From Bacilli bacterium (GTDB lineage: Bacteria; Bacillota_I; Bacilli_A; RF39; UBA660), in the NCBI GenBank assembly GCA_017617435.1, contig JAFZWF010000009.1:12026-76025 (forward strand): a stretch of DNA of 64,000 nucleotides. The letters are read 5' to 3'. The notes below the pieces were generated by a model. The model had not been told where the DNA came from and did no database searches. It saw only the letters and a list, made by a program, of their open reading frames with translations. Numbering within the stretch: position 1 is the first letter of the stretch; each line of letters begins with the position of its first letter. Both the position numbers and the translations under genes were made by a program. Shown piece after piece: positions 1 to 9,679 of the stretch.

Positions 1-422
1 CCTAGAAGAGTGAATAATGAACTTAGTAATGAAAATACTGTGCAAGATAATACTAATTTACTTTTACTAATTATGATACCAAAAGAAAAACTATCAATAC
101 TTACAATAAATGCAAATATAATAGGTTTTAAAATCTTATTTGTTATTTTTTTATCATTATCTAAAATTATACCAATAATTATAAATACTATTACACCTAT
201 AAATATATAGTTTGGTGGAATAATTAAAACTCTATCTACTATATTTTTGAAAGAGTACCCTAAACACGGCATAATAAAATGAAACATACCAACAAATAGT
301 GAGTAGTAAATGGCTTTATATTTAATCATTCCAGACATCGATAGTGTAATAGCCAGTGAAAAAGCATCCATACTTAAACTTACACCTATAAATATTATTT
401 CTAAATATAACATCGCTACCAT
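1..422 (-). CDS. MntP/YtaF-family (DUF204) membrane protein, 3' end outside window
   Basis: Absent from the ORF track because no stop lies in the window. Minus-strand translation from ATG 422-420 reads MVAMLYLEIIFIGVSLSMDAFSLAITLSMSGMIKYKAIYYSLFVGMFHFIMPCLGY... and stays open to base 1. The SMDAF motif and repeated hydrophobic helices fit MntP/YtaF. B. subtilis has a homologue (ywlD) near spoIIR. Confidence 0.55.
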   Translation of the reverse strand, partial: MVAMLYLEIIFIGVSLSMDAFSLAITLSMSGMIKYKAIYYSLFVGMFHFIMPCLGYSFKNIVDRVLIIPPNYIFIGVIVFIIIGIILDNDKKITNKILKPIIFAFIVSIDSFSFGIIISKSKLVLSCTVFSLLSSLFTLL

Positions 423-435
423 AATTAAATATACG

Positions 436-936
436 TTAATTTATTTTATTTAGAAGTTGTTTTACGTATAAATCATATGTAACATCATCAAATTTTTCTT
501 CATCAATCATGCATATTGGTGGAAATAGTACACACCAGTAATTATTTCCTTTTGCTTCACCTAAATTTATAACTAAAGATTCGTAACTTCCTTCTTTATA
601 TTTAGTACCTTTATATTCTTTTTCCGGAAAATAATTGTTTCCAAAATATATTGTGTAGTTGTTTGTATGATTTTCTATAATATTTTTTATATTATTCAAA
701 TTATTATTTATGGTTTTCTTTGCAGTTTCATAATTATTTACGTCTTTTAGTTTTTCAAACAAAAAACTATTAATCTCGTCTTTTATTACTATTTTTTCTT
801 TCTGGTCTATAATGTCATTACTATTTGCAATAATTCTAATTCTAATAGCATTGCTTGGAATTAATAAAGACTTATTTTTATTTAAACATAGTAGTACTGT
901 TATTATTAAGAACAATAAAAAAACTATTTTTTTCAT
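436..936 (-). CDS. spoIIR: stage II sporulation protein R
   Basis: 166 aa with an N-terminal hydrophobic anchor. IRIRIIANSNDIIDQ and NYWCVLFPPICM match the SpoIIR family signatures as I recall them. Sits next to prmC-prfA as in B. subtilis. Confidence 0.8.
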   Translation of the reverse strand: MKKIVFLLFLIITVLLCLNKNKSLLIPSNAIRIRIIANSNDIIDQKEKIVIKDEINSFLFEKLKDVNNYETAKKTINNNLNNIKNIIENHTNNYTIYFGNNYFPEKEYKGTKYKEGSYESLVINLGEAKGNNYWCVLFPPICMIDEEKFDDVTYDLYVKQLLNKIN

Positions 937-971
937 ATTATCACCTAAGATAATATTGGTAAAAATAGTTT

Positions 972-1712
972 TTATTTATTCAAATAAATGTGAACGTATC
1001 TATCTTTTTTTGAAAGATCTTGATATACATCAACTTTATAATCATCTAAATATATTTTTGAATACTCTTTTATTTTTGATGCTTGATTCATTCCAATTTC
1101 AAAAAATATATGTTTTGGTTTAACCATTGATAATGATACTTTTTTGATTATTTCTTTATAAAATAATAAACCATCATCATCAGCAAATATTGCATTTTGA
1201 GGTTCATATTTTGTTTCTATTCCAGTTTCCTCGCTATATGAAACGTATGGTGGATTGCTTACAATAATGTCGAAATCGTCAAAATTTTCTATATCTAACA
1301 TATCTTTTGCTTCAAAGGTAACATTTGTTACTTCATTATTCTTTTTGTTAATGTTAGCAACATCAATTGCGTCGCAGCTAATATCTATTCCTTTTATATC
1401 AGAATTTTTAAATATTTTACCAAGAGTTATAGCTATGCACCCACTACCTGTTCCAAGATCAACAATGTTTCCTTGAAACTCACTTGAAATAGTATTTTTA
1501 ATAAGTTCAACTAAAAACTCTGTTTCATATCGTGGTATTAAAACATTTTCATTCACGATAATCTTATTACCACAAAAATTAACATTACCGATTACATACT
1601 GAACAGGGTAACCATTTTCAATTTTATTTAAAACAATATCAAGGTCTTTTCCTTGATATTGTTTTTTTATTTCATTTAAATCTGCTATAGATACATTACT
1701 CAAATGACTCAC
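972..1712 (-). CDS. prmC: release-factor glutamine N5-methyltransferase
   Basis: SAM motif DLGTGSGCIAI and catalytic NPPY (IVSNPPYV). Overlaps the prfA stop, the conserved prfA-prmC arrangement. Confidence 0.9.
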   Translation of the reverse strand: MSHLSNVSIADLNEIKKQYQGKDLDIVLNKIENGYPVQYVIGNVNFCGNKIIVNENVLIPRYETEFLVELIKNTISSEFQGNIVDLGTGSGCIAITLGKIFKNSDIKGIDISCDAIDVANINKKNNEVTNVTFEAKDMLDIENFDDFDIIVSNPPYVSYSEETGIETKYEPQNAIFADDDGLLFYKEIIKKVSLSMVKPKHIFFEIGMNQASKIKEYSKIYLDDYKVDVYQDLSKKDRYVHIYLNK

Positions 1713-2760
1713 CAGCCAACTTAAGTTTTAAATCTTCATTAATTAGTGCTTCAATTATTGGATCTAAATGACCATTCATTACACGATCAAGTTCCATTAC
1801 AGAGAAGTTGATACGATGATCTGTGACACGGTTTTGTGGATAGTTATATGTTCTGATTTTCTCAGATCTATCACCAGTTCCGATTTTAGATTTTCTTTCA
1901 GCTCCTACTTCTTGTTCCTTTTTGTGTTGAATTTCATCATTCATCTTTATTTTTAGTAAATTCATAGCTTTTTCTTTATTTAGTAGCTGACTTCTTTCAG
2001 TTTGGCATGTTACAACAATTCCTGTAGGAACATGAGTTATTCTTACTGCTGAGTTAGATGTATTTACTGATTGTCCACCAGCACCACTAGAGTGATATAC
2101 ATCAATTTTTAAATCTGACTCTCTGATATCAATATTAACATCTTCTACTTCGGGCATAACAAGAACCGTTGCAGTTGATGTATGAACACGTCCTTGAGTT
2201 TCAGTAACAGGAACTCTTTGAACTCTATGAGATCCACTTTCATATTTTAATTTAGAATATACATCGTTACCTTTTATCATACATTCAACTTGTGAATATC
2301 CTCCACTTGTTCCAAGGACTTCATTAATAATTTCTATTTTCCATCCTTGTTTTTCTGCGTAGTATGAATACATTCTAAATAAGTCTCCTGCAAAGATGTT
2401 TGCTTCATCTCCACCAGCAGCTCCTCTTATTTCCATGATAACGTTTTTACCATCGTTTTCATCTTTTGCAACAAGTAAAACTTCAAGTTCTTTGTGAAGT
2501 TCTTCAAGTCTTGGTTTTAATTCTTGAATTTCAAGCTGAGCCATTTCACCAAGTTCTGGATCATTTTTCATTTGCTCTGCTTCATTTAAATCGTTATTCA
2601 CTTTTTTGTATTCTTCATATTTTAAATAAGTTTCTTCTAAGTCACTTTTTTCTTTAGACAATACTTTAAGTTTATTATAATCATTTAGTACTTCTGGTGT
2701 AGATAATTCCTTTTCTAGTTCTAAATACTTTTCAACTATTGCATCTAGTCTTTTAAACAT
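1696..2760 (-). CDS. prfA: peptide chain release factor 1
   Basis: RF1-type PVT tripeptide (RVPVTETQGR) and GGQ (SGAGGQSVNT). I prefer ATG at 2760 (MFKRLD, preceded by AGGAGG) over the track start at 2778. Confidence 0.95.
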   Translation of the reverse strand: MFKRLDAIVEKYLELEKELSTPEVLNDYNKLKVLSKEKSDLEETYLKYEEYKKVNNDLNEAEQMKNDPELGEMAQLEIQELKPRLEELHKELEVLLVAKDENDGKNVIMEIRGAAGGDEANIFAGDLFRMYSYYAEKQGWKIEIINEVLGTSGGYSQVECMIKGNDVYSKLKYESGSHRVQRVPVTETQGRVHTSTATVLVMPEVEDVNIDIRESDLKIDVYHSSGAGGQSVNTSNSAVRITHVPTGIVVTCQTERSQLLNKEKAMNLLKIKMNDEIQHKKEQEVGAERKSKIGTGDRSEKIRTYNYPQNRVTDHRINFSVMELDRVMNGHLDPIIEALINEDLKLKLAGESFE

Positions 2761-2807
2761 TTTATTTCCTCCTATCAATTAATAATCTAAAACATTATTA
2801 ATCTGCT

Positions 2808-3245
2808 CTAAGAGTTTGCTTCGTCCTCATCTAGAATTACAAAATCTTGTAATTCATCATCATCACATACGTCATCATCGTCGCTGTCTTCGTCATAGAA
2901 GATATCTTCATCTTCGGTTTCTTCTTCAACTTCTTCTGTTTCTTCCTCTTCATCAACAACAACTTCTTCTTCATCTTCATCTAAAATAACTTTAGTTTTA
3001 TGACGAACTTTTAAATCGCAGAAACCTCCAGCAAGTACAGTAAATAATTTATTAGTTGAAATAATTTCGAAGAATTCTGATATTCCATTTTCGTATTCAG
3101 TATCTGATAATCCTAATAAATCACAGATTTTTTTAAATACTTCTGCAATTTTCATTTTCTTTTTATTTTCAGTTAATATTAGTGAAGCTAGTTCTGCATA
3201 ACTTAACATTTCTAATTCTTCACGAGACATATTTTTTAATTTCAT
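2808..3245 (-). CDS. rpoE: RNA polymerase delta subunit
   Basis: 145 aa. Structured N-terminal half (LSYAELASLIL...) followed by a long poly-Asp/Glu tail, the hallmark of Firmicute RpoE. Confidence 0.75.
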   Translation of the reverse strand: MKLKNMSREELEMLSYAELASLILTENKKKMKIAEVFKKICDLLGLSDTEYENGISEFFEIISTNKLFTVLAGGFCDLKVRHKTKVILDEDEEEVVVDEEEETEEVEEETEDEDIFYDEDSDDDDVCDDDELQDFVILDEDEANS

Positions 3246-3257
3246 GTTTGTTTCCTC

Positions 3258-4916
3258 CTACATTTTGTTAATAACATTAATATTTAATAAACTTAAACCA
3301 TTTTTTATTACTAAAGCAACGGCTTCAGAAAGATTAAGTTTAAATTCTGTGTAATTTTGATCATTATCAACTATTTTTTCATGTGCATAGAACTTATTAA
3401 AGTCTGATGCAAGATCTAGTAAGTATTTAGCAATAATTGATGGATCATTATTTTCTTTTGCACTTATTATATTTTCTTCATATTTAGATAAATTCCAAAT
3501 TAAATTCCATTTATCTTCATTGATATCTATATTATCATATGAAACACTTAAATTTTGTTTATTACTTAATAAAGAATTAATTCTTGCATATGTATATTGT
3601 AAGTATGGACCAGTGTTTCCTTCAAATCTTAAAGTGTCTTCTAGATTAAATTCTATATCGTTAATACGATAATTTTTTAAATCATTGAATATTACTGCTC
3701 CAACACCTATTTTTCTACTTACTTCATCAATATTTTCAATATTTGGATTTTTTTCTAAAATGTATTTTTTTGCAAGATCAATTGATTCATTTAAAACATC
3801 CATTAAAACAACAGATTTTCCTTGCCTTGTAGACATTTTCTTACCGTCTTGAAGTAGTAATCCAAAACCTATGTGTTTAACTTGATCTTTCCATGGATAT
3901 CCCATTTTTTCTATTATTCTTTTAACTTGCTCAAAGTGTAGTGATTGTTCATTTCCTACAACATATAATATTTCATCAAAATTGTATTTATTTTTACGAT
4001 CTATTAGGGCTGCAATATCTCTTGTTATATATAAAGATGCTCCATCAGATCTTTTAATAAGAGCTGGTGTTATATCACCTAAGTCAATAATTGTTGCTCC
4101 TTCACTTATTTGAAGTAAGTTTTTGTCTTCAAGCATTTTAATAACAGGTTCCATTTTATCTTTATAATTTGATTCTCCTTCGTAAGAATCAAATTTATCA
4201 ATCTCTAAAAGTTTATAAGTTTTATCAAATTCCTTTATTGATTCATCTTTAAACCATTTCCAGTAACTTAATGCTTCTTCATCATTATCTTCAAGTTTTT
4301 TAAACCATTTTCTGCCTTCTTCATCTAAACTTGGATCTTTTTGAGCTTCTTCATGAAATTTTACATAGACTCTTTTAAGCTCATTTATTAATGATTCTTT
4401 TGCTTTAGTTTCGTCACCCCAAGTTTTGTAAGCATAAATAAGTTTACCAAACTGTGTACCATAGTCTCCTAAATAGTTAATTGATATAGTATCAAATCCA
4501 CATTTTTTTGTAATGTTGTATAAAGCTTGACCAATTACAGTCGTTCTTAAATGACCAACGCCAAATGGTTTTGCAACGTTAGGTGAAGAATATTCAATAA
4601 CAACTCTTTTTCCCTTACCGTAATCATTATCTCCATAATGATCTTTTTCATTTAATATTTTGCCAATAACCTTTTGACACACATCTTTTTTATCCATGAA
4701 TATATTAAGATAACCATTTAATACATTTGTGTTATACTTTAAATTCTCTTTAAGATAGTTTGCAATGTCCATAGGGCTTTTATGAAGTTCTTTTGAAAAT
4801 GAGAAACAAGGAATTGCATAGTCTCCCATTGTTCTATCTTTTGGATATTCAATTTTAACTAAGGATTTATCTACTTTTAATAAAGCAGAAATACTTTCAA
4901 CTATTTCATCCTTCAT
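3258..4916 (-). CDS. argS: arginine--tRNA ligase
   Basis: 552 aa class I synthetase. HIGH-type PFGVGHLRTT, KMSKS-type KMSTRQG, C-terminal anticodon-binding region ending in M. Confidence 0.95.
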   Translation of the reverse strand: MKDEIVESISALLKVDKSLVKIEYPKDRTMGDYAIPCFSFSKELHKSPMDIANYLKENLKYNTNVLNGYLNIFMDKKDVCQKVIGKILNEKDHYGDNDYGKGKRVVIEYSSPNVAKPFGVGHLRTTVIGQALYNITKKCGFDTISINYLGDYGTQFGKLIYAYKTWGDETKAKESLINELKRVYVKFHEEAQKDPSLDEEGRKWFKKLEDNDEEALSYWKWFKDESIKEFDKTYKLLEIDKFDSYEGESNYKDKMEPVIKMLEDKNLLQISEGATIIDLGDITPALIKRSDGASLYITRDIAALIDRKNKYNFDEILYVVGNEQSLHFEQVKRIIEKMGYPWKDQVKHIGFGLLLQDGKKMSTRQGKSVVLMDVLNESIDLAKKYILEKNPNIENIDEVSRKIGVGAVIFNDLKNYRINDIEFNLEDTLRFEGNTGPYLQYTYARINSLLSNKQNLSVSYDNIDINEDKWNLIWNLSKYEENIISAKENNDPSIIAKYLLDLASDFNKFYAHEKIVDNDQNYTEFKLNLSEAVALVIKNGLSLLNINVINKM

Positions 4917-4918
4917 AC

Positions 4919-5266
4919 TTAATCACCAATTTCTAAAATTATTTTATGCTCGCCTTCATCTGTTTCTATAAGATAGTTAAGTTCTATTTTTTTATTATCT
5001 AATTTATAATTTGCATTTTGTACATTAACATCAAATATTTTATTTTCTTTGATTAATTCAATAGTACATGTGGGTTTTTCTGATATTTCTAAGCTAAATT
5101 TATAGTCATCATTTTGTCTTATAAATATAAGCCTATCAGTAATATATATGTAATTCATAATATTATCAAGATAAAATTTATATTTATTATCATTTTCTTG
5201 TTCTAAATTTACAATATCATGATGCTTTTCATTAACTTTATCACCAATAATATGAGTTAATTTCAT
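4919..5266 (-). CDS. DUF1934 (YwiB-like) beta-barrel protein
   Basis: Small protein immediately upstream of argS as in many Firmicutes. Start moved to ATG 5266 (MKLTHIIGD, preceded by GGTGA). Function call rests on position and size only. Confidence 0.5.
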   Translation of the reverse strand: MKLTHIIGDKVNEKHHDIVNLEQENDNKYKFYLDNIMNYIYITDRLIFIRQNDDYKFSLEISEKPTCTIELIKENKIFDVNVQNANYKLDNKKIELNYLIETDEGEHKIILEIGD

Positions 5267-5351
5267 AAAATCACCAGTTTTTCGTATCACATTATAACAT
5301 AACACTATATATAATGCACTCATAATTTTAAAATTTTTTTACATAATATTC

Positions 5352-7295
5352 TTGGTGATAACATTGAAAATATTAAGACTATTTTTTAAAATCTTTTCTG
5401 TTATAATATTTAGTCTTTCCATTTTCATTGTTTTTCTATATTTATATGCTTATTTTAAACCAAAAACTATAATTAAAAATGCTAGTACATATTTCATATA
5501 CGATATTAATAATAAATTAGTTTATACTGGTTCAAGTACACAAAAATGGGTTACTTTAAATGAGGTCTCAAATGATTACATTGATGCTGTTATTTCAGTA
5601 GAAGATAGAAATTTTTATAAACATAATGGATTTGATTATTTAAGAATAATTAAAGCTTTGTATAAAAACATAACAAATAATAAAATTATTGAAGGCGCTT
5701 CTACTATTTCGCAGCAGTATATTAAAAACTTATATCAGAATTTTGATAAAACTTGGAAAAGAAAATGGAATGAAACGTTATTAACACTAAATTTAGAGGT
5801 TCACTACACAAAAGATGAGATACTTGAAGGTTACATAAATACGATAAACTTTGGTGAAGGTAACATTGGTATTTATAATGCATCAATGTATTATTTTAAT
5901 AAAGAACCTAAAAACTTGACTAAAGAAGAAGCAATTATTCTTGCAGGAATACCAAAAAGTCCTGCTAATTATAATCCTGTATCTAATTATGATAAATCTA
6001 TAGAAAGAGCAAAAATTGTTCTTAATTGTATGATAAATAATAATAAAATAACGAAATCTGAAGCCAGTGAACTATTTAAAGAAGACATTAAAATATACGC
6101 AAATGAAAATAACGAAAAATTAAATACTATTATGTATTATCAAGATGCGGTAATGGATGAATTGAAAGAAGTAGTTAACATACCACAAAGTATTATTCAG
6201 CAAAAAGGAATCAAAATATATACTAATCTAGATTTAAATGCACAAGAATTGTTAGAAAAAAACATTAATAATTATATGGCTGGAGAAACTATGCAAGTTG
6301 CAAGTATGATTATCAATCCACAAACAGGAGGTATTACTGCATTAACTGGAGGTTTAGATTATTCTAAAAGCCAGTTTAATAGAGCAATTCATGCTAAAAG
6401 ACAAGTAGGTTCGACAATGAAATCGTTTCTATACTATACTGCTCTTGAAAACAACTTAACATCAGCTTCTTTATTTTCAAATGAAGCTACAACTTTTAAT
6501 TTAGATAATGGAAAAGTCTATTCACCACAAAACTATGGTGGTAAATATGCTGAAAAAGATATAACAATGGCTGCTGCTATTGCTCTTTCAGATAATATTT
6601 ATGCTGTAAAAACTTATATGTTTTTAGGTGGGGATAAAGTTATAAATAATGTAAGAAAATCAGGAATAAAAGCTAGCCTTAAAGATGTTCCTTCTTTACC
6701 ACTTGGAACTAATGAATTAACGATGATTGATTTTGCTCAAGGTTATACAACACTTGCAACTTTAGGAAATTATCAAAAAATTCATCTTATTAATAAAGTT
6801 GAAGATTCTGATGGTAATGTTTTATATGAATATAAGGATAAACCTGTTACAGTACTTAATTCTAATTATGTTTATATTCTAAATGAGATGTTAACAAATA
6901 CAACTAATAAAAAATTTATTGATTATACTAAACCAACTGCTTTAGGTATAGCAGATAAGCTTAAAGAAAAATATGCTATTAAAACAGGATCTACAAACAC
7001 TGATTACTGGACTATTGGCTTTAATAAAAATAAATTAATGCTGGTTTGGTCAGGTAATGATGATGGCTCTGATGTTTCTATAAGTAAAAGTTTTTATACA
7101 AAAAATATTTTTGCTGATACAATAGATGAAATTTCTTATAATGATGAGAACGATAACTGGTATCAAACACCAGAAGATGTTATAGCTATGCCACTTGATC
7201 CTATTAGTGGTTATGAAACTAAAGATACATCGAAAACAGCAATATTTTACTTTCTAAAAGGTTCAGAAATAATTAATAAAAAGAAAAAAGAGTAA
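5352..7295 (+). CDS. class A penicillin-binding protein (glycosyltransferase + transpeptidase)
   Basis: N-terminal TM helix. GT51 motifs EDRNFYKHNGFD and GASTISQQYIKN. Transpeptidase motifs STMKSF, SDN, KTGST. Confidence 0.85.
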   Translation: MVITLKILRLFFKIFSVIIFSLSIFIVFLYLYAYFKPKTIIKNASTYFIYDINNKLVYTGSSTQKWVTLNEVSNDYIDAVISVEDRNFYKHNGFDYLRIIKALYKNITNNKIIEGASTISQQYIKNLYQNFDKTWKRKWNETLLTLNLEVHYTKDEILEGYINTINFGEGNIGIYNASMYYFNKEPKNLTKEEAIILAGIPKSPANYNPVSNYDKSIERAKIVLNCMINNNKITKSEASELFKEDIKIYANENNEKLNTIMYYQDAVMDELKEVVNIPQSIIQQKGIKIYTNLDLNAQELLEKNINNYMAGETMQVASMIINPQTGGITALTGGLDYSKSQFNRAIHAKRQVGSTMKSFLYYTALENNLTSASLFSNEATTFNLDNGKVYSPQNYGGKYAEKDITMAAAIALSDNIYAVKTYMFLGGDKVINNVRKSGIKASLKDVPSLPLGTNELTMIDFAQGYTTLATLGNYQKIHLINKVEDSDGNVLYEYKDKPVTVLNSNYVYILNEMLTNTTNKKFIDYTKPTALGIADKLKEKYAIKTGSTNTDYWTIGFNKNKLMLVWSGNDDGSDVSISKSFYTKNIFADTIDEISYNDENDNWYQTPEDVIAMPLDPISGYETKDTSKTAIFYFLKGSEIINKKKKE

Positions 7296-7314
7296 TTTAT
7301 ACAATTACTCTTTT
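7286..7314. terminator. bidirectional hairpin between the convergent PBP and noc-like genes
   Basis: 11-bp perfect stem AAAAGAGTAAT/ATTACTCTTTT with a 7-nt loop, flanked by A and T runs. Overlaps both stop codons. Confidence 0.55.
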
Positions 7315-8906
7315 GTTATGTCTATTGTTATTTTATAATTATTTGATTGATCTACTTCATCAATATTTATATTAAATCCTCTACTTATTAATTCGTTTGT
7401 TAAATCTCGATAATCATTAATTGCAGTTTTTAAATCAAGTCCAGCATTTTCTTTGATTTTTTCATAAAAATCAGGTTCTAAAGTATCAAATAATTTAACA
7501 GGATCTAATACTGTATCATCTTCAACAACAGGTATTGGCGTTACATCAACATTTGAATCATCTTTTTGTATGTAACTATTACTATTATTGTTAATATAAC
7601 CTTCATCAGTATCATTAACACTTGTTATTGGTTGTTCAATAACTTCACTACTTACTTCTTGAACATTATCACTAGTGCCAAATAAATCTTCTACTGGTTC
7701 TTGATTTTGTTGAACATTATTTTCATCAATATCAAGAGTATCAACTTCACTTAATTGCTCAATACTGTCATTTATAGGTGTTGCGATAACATTTGTTTCC
7801 GTAGGTGTTACATCAAGCGAATCAATAGTATCTATTTCACTATTGTTGCCTACATTATTATTTGCTAAATCAAATTCAGCAAATTTATTAGCATTAAAAT
7901 CATTATCTAATGATGAATCAATTTCACTTGTTGAAGGCATAAATTCAGGAGAAAAGCTAAATATCTCTGAATTTTTATTTTCTGTTATATCTTCACTACC
8001 ATTAAGTTCAACTGGTTTATCATCAAAACTCATGTTAACTTCTTCATCTTCAAGAAAATTGAAAAATTTATTAGGAACTTCCTTAACACTTGTTTCATTA
8101 TTATTCATATTAACTATATCCTCTGGTTCTTTATTTACTTCTGGTGCATCATTTATTGGTGTTAAACCATTAAATACATCTACTTTTGGTTTTTCCTCTG
8201 GTTGATTAATATCTACAGAATTAGAAATAATACTTTCAATATCCGGATTTATATTAACTATTGGAATGTCACCATCATTTTGATTTTCTAGATTTTTTTC
8301 GTTTATTTCATCCTTTATTGCTAAATCTAATTGACGAACTGTTAGTCTTTCGTTAATTATTCTATTAAGCCATCTAACTTGATCATCTTTATTTTGAATA
8401 CTAAGTAGTGATCTTGCGTGTCTTTCAGATATTTTTTCATTCATTAAAGCCTTTTGAACTTCATCACTTAGGTTTAAAAGTCTTAATTTATTAGCTATTG
8501 TAGATTGAGAAAGTCCCATCTTTTTTGCAAGTTCTTCTTGTGTCATGTTTCCTCGATCTAGCATATTTTTATAAGATTTAGCTTCTTCAATTGCAGTTAA
8601 ATCTTTCCTTTGGACATTTTCTATTAATGCAACTTCAGCACTAGTACTATCATCCATATCTGTAACTATAGCTGGTACTGTTGCAAGCCCTGCCATAGAT
8701 GCAGCTTTATATCTTCTTTCACCTGCAATTATCTCAAATTTATCTCCAAGTGGTCTAACAACTAATGGTTGAATTATTCCATGTTGTTTTATGGAATTAG
8801 ATAAATCATTTAAGGCTTTTTCATCAAAATTTATACGTGGCTGAAAACGATTGGGAATAATCTCCGCAACCGGAATCTGCTTAACTTCTTTAGATTCTTC
8901 CATCAT
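7305..8906 (-). CDS. noc: ParB-family nucleoid occlusion protein (Noc-type HTH) with long acidic insert
   Basis: IPNRFQPR and GERRYKAA boxes. HTH SQSTIANKLRLLNL...ISERHARSL is close to B. subtilis Noc as recalled. Adjacent to rsmG, the canonical noc position. C-terminal ~45 aa are Noc-like, with a ~280-aa D/E/N/S-rich insert. RBS GAAGGGG lies upstream. Confidence 0.7.
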   Translation of the reverse strand: MMEESKEVKQIPVAEIIPNRFQPRINFDEKALNDLSNSIKQHGIIQPLVVRPLGDKFEIIAGERRYKAASMAGLATVPAIVTDMDDSTSAEVALIENVQRKDLTAIEEAKSYKNMLDRGNMTQEELAKKMGLSQSTIANKLRLLNLSDEVQKALMNEKISERHARSLLSIQNKDDQVRWLNRIINERLTVRQLDLAIKDEINEKNLENQNDGDIPIVNINPDIESIISNSVDINQPEEKPKVDVFNGLTPINDAPEVNKEPEDIVNMNNNETSVKEVPNKFFNFLEDEEVNMSFDDKPVELNGSEDITENKNSEIFSFSPEFMPSTSEIDSSLDNDFNANKFAEFDLANNNVGNNSEIDTIDSLDVTPTETNVIATPINDSIEQLSEVDTLDIDENNVQQNQEPVEDLFGTSDNVQEVSSEVIEQPITSVNDTDEGYINNNSNSYIQKDDSNVDVTPIPVVEDDTVLDPVKLFDTLEPDFYEKIKENAGLDLKTAINDYRDLTNELISRGFNINIDEVDQSNNYKITIDITKE

Positions 8907-8959
8907 ATAGACCCCTTCTATTCTTATTATTCTGTTATAATTTTATCTTATTTATTAAC

Positions 8960-9679
8960 TTATTTCAATTCTTTTTTTATTATTTGATCATAAGGTCTTG
9001 GATATTTTGAATCTATTTCTTTATTAACTTTAATAAATATATTAGCTCTATATGATTCTTCAACTGGTAATCTATTTTCCATAACAGACAGAACACTTGA
9101 ATTTAATATCTTTAACGTTGATTCACAGTTTTTAAGTTCATCATCATAGTGTCCTTTTAGAGCTATAAAAATTCCATTTACTTTTGTAAAAGGAAGACAT
9201 AGTTCAGAAATAATTCTTAGTTCAGATACTGCTCTTGCAGTAGATACATCATATTTATGACGATTATTTTTTATATAATTTTCTGCTCTATCATTTATAA
9301 TTTCTACATCATCTAATTCTAATACACTTTTTAATTGTTCTAAAAATTTTGTTTTCTTATTGTTTGAATCAAGTAATGTAACTTTAATGTTTGGATAAAC
9401 AATTTTAATTACCATTCCAGGAAATCCTGCTCCACTTCCTACATCTATTAAAGAACTTACATTATTAAAATCTAATTCATTATTTTTAATAATAAGTAAT
9501 GAATCATAAAAATGCTTTAAATATATACCTTCTTTATCTTTTATTGCTGTTAAATTTGTTATTTTATTATACTCAATTAAGAATGATGCATATTTTTCTA
9601 ATTTTTCAAGTTGACTACTAGTAAGATTGATACCAATTTTATTTAATTCTTCTATAAATTTATTTTGATTCATTAGCAT
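8960..9679 (-). CDS. rsmG: 16S rRNA (guanine527-N7)-methyltransferase
   Basis: GidB family with SAM motif DVGSGAGFPG. Follows mnmG. The start may be ATG 9673 rather than 9679. Confidence 0.9.
   Translation of the reverse strand: MLMNQNKFIEELNKIGINLTSSQLEKLEKYASFLIEYNKITNLTAIKDKEGIYLKHFYDSLLIIKNNELDFNNVSSLIDVGSGAGFPGMVIKIVYPNIKVTLLDSNNKKTKFLEQLKSVLELDDVEIINDRAENYIKNNRHKYDVSTARAVSELRIISELCLPFTKVNGIFIALKGHYDDELKNCESTLKILNSSVLSVMENRLPVEESYRANIFIKVNKEIDSKYPRPYDQIIKKELK

Noticed and set aside
10-210. 66-aa plus-strand ORF at the window start
   Set aside because: It lies antisense to the MntP/YtaF-family gene, whose translation has clear family motifs.
613-624. 12-bp palindrome TTTTCCGGAAAA inside spoIIR, superficially like the NBS
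   Set aside because: It lacks one C/G per half-site relative to TTTCCCGGGAAA, so the spacing of both half-sites is wrong. It is a single occurrence inside a coding region and is most likely chance.
7843-8205. 120-aa plus-strand ORF inside the noc-like gene
   Set aside because: It is an antisense shadow ORF within the low-complexity acidic insert. It has no RBS, and the minus-strand gene has strong family support.
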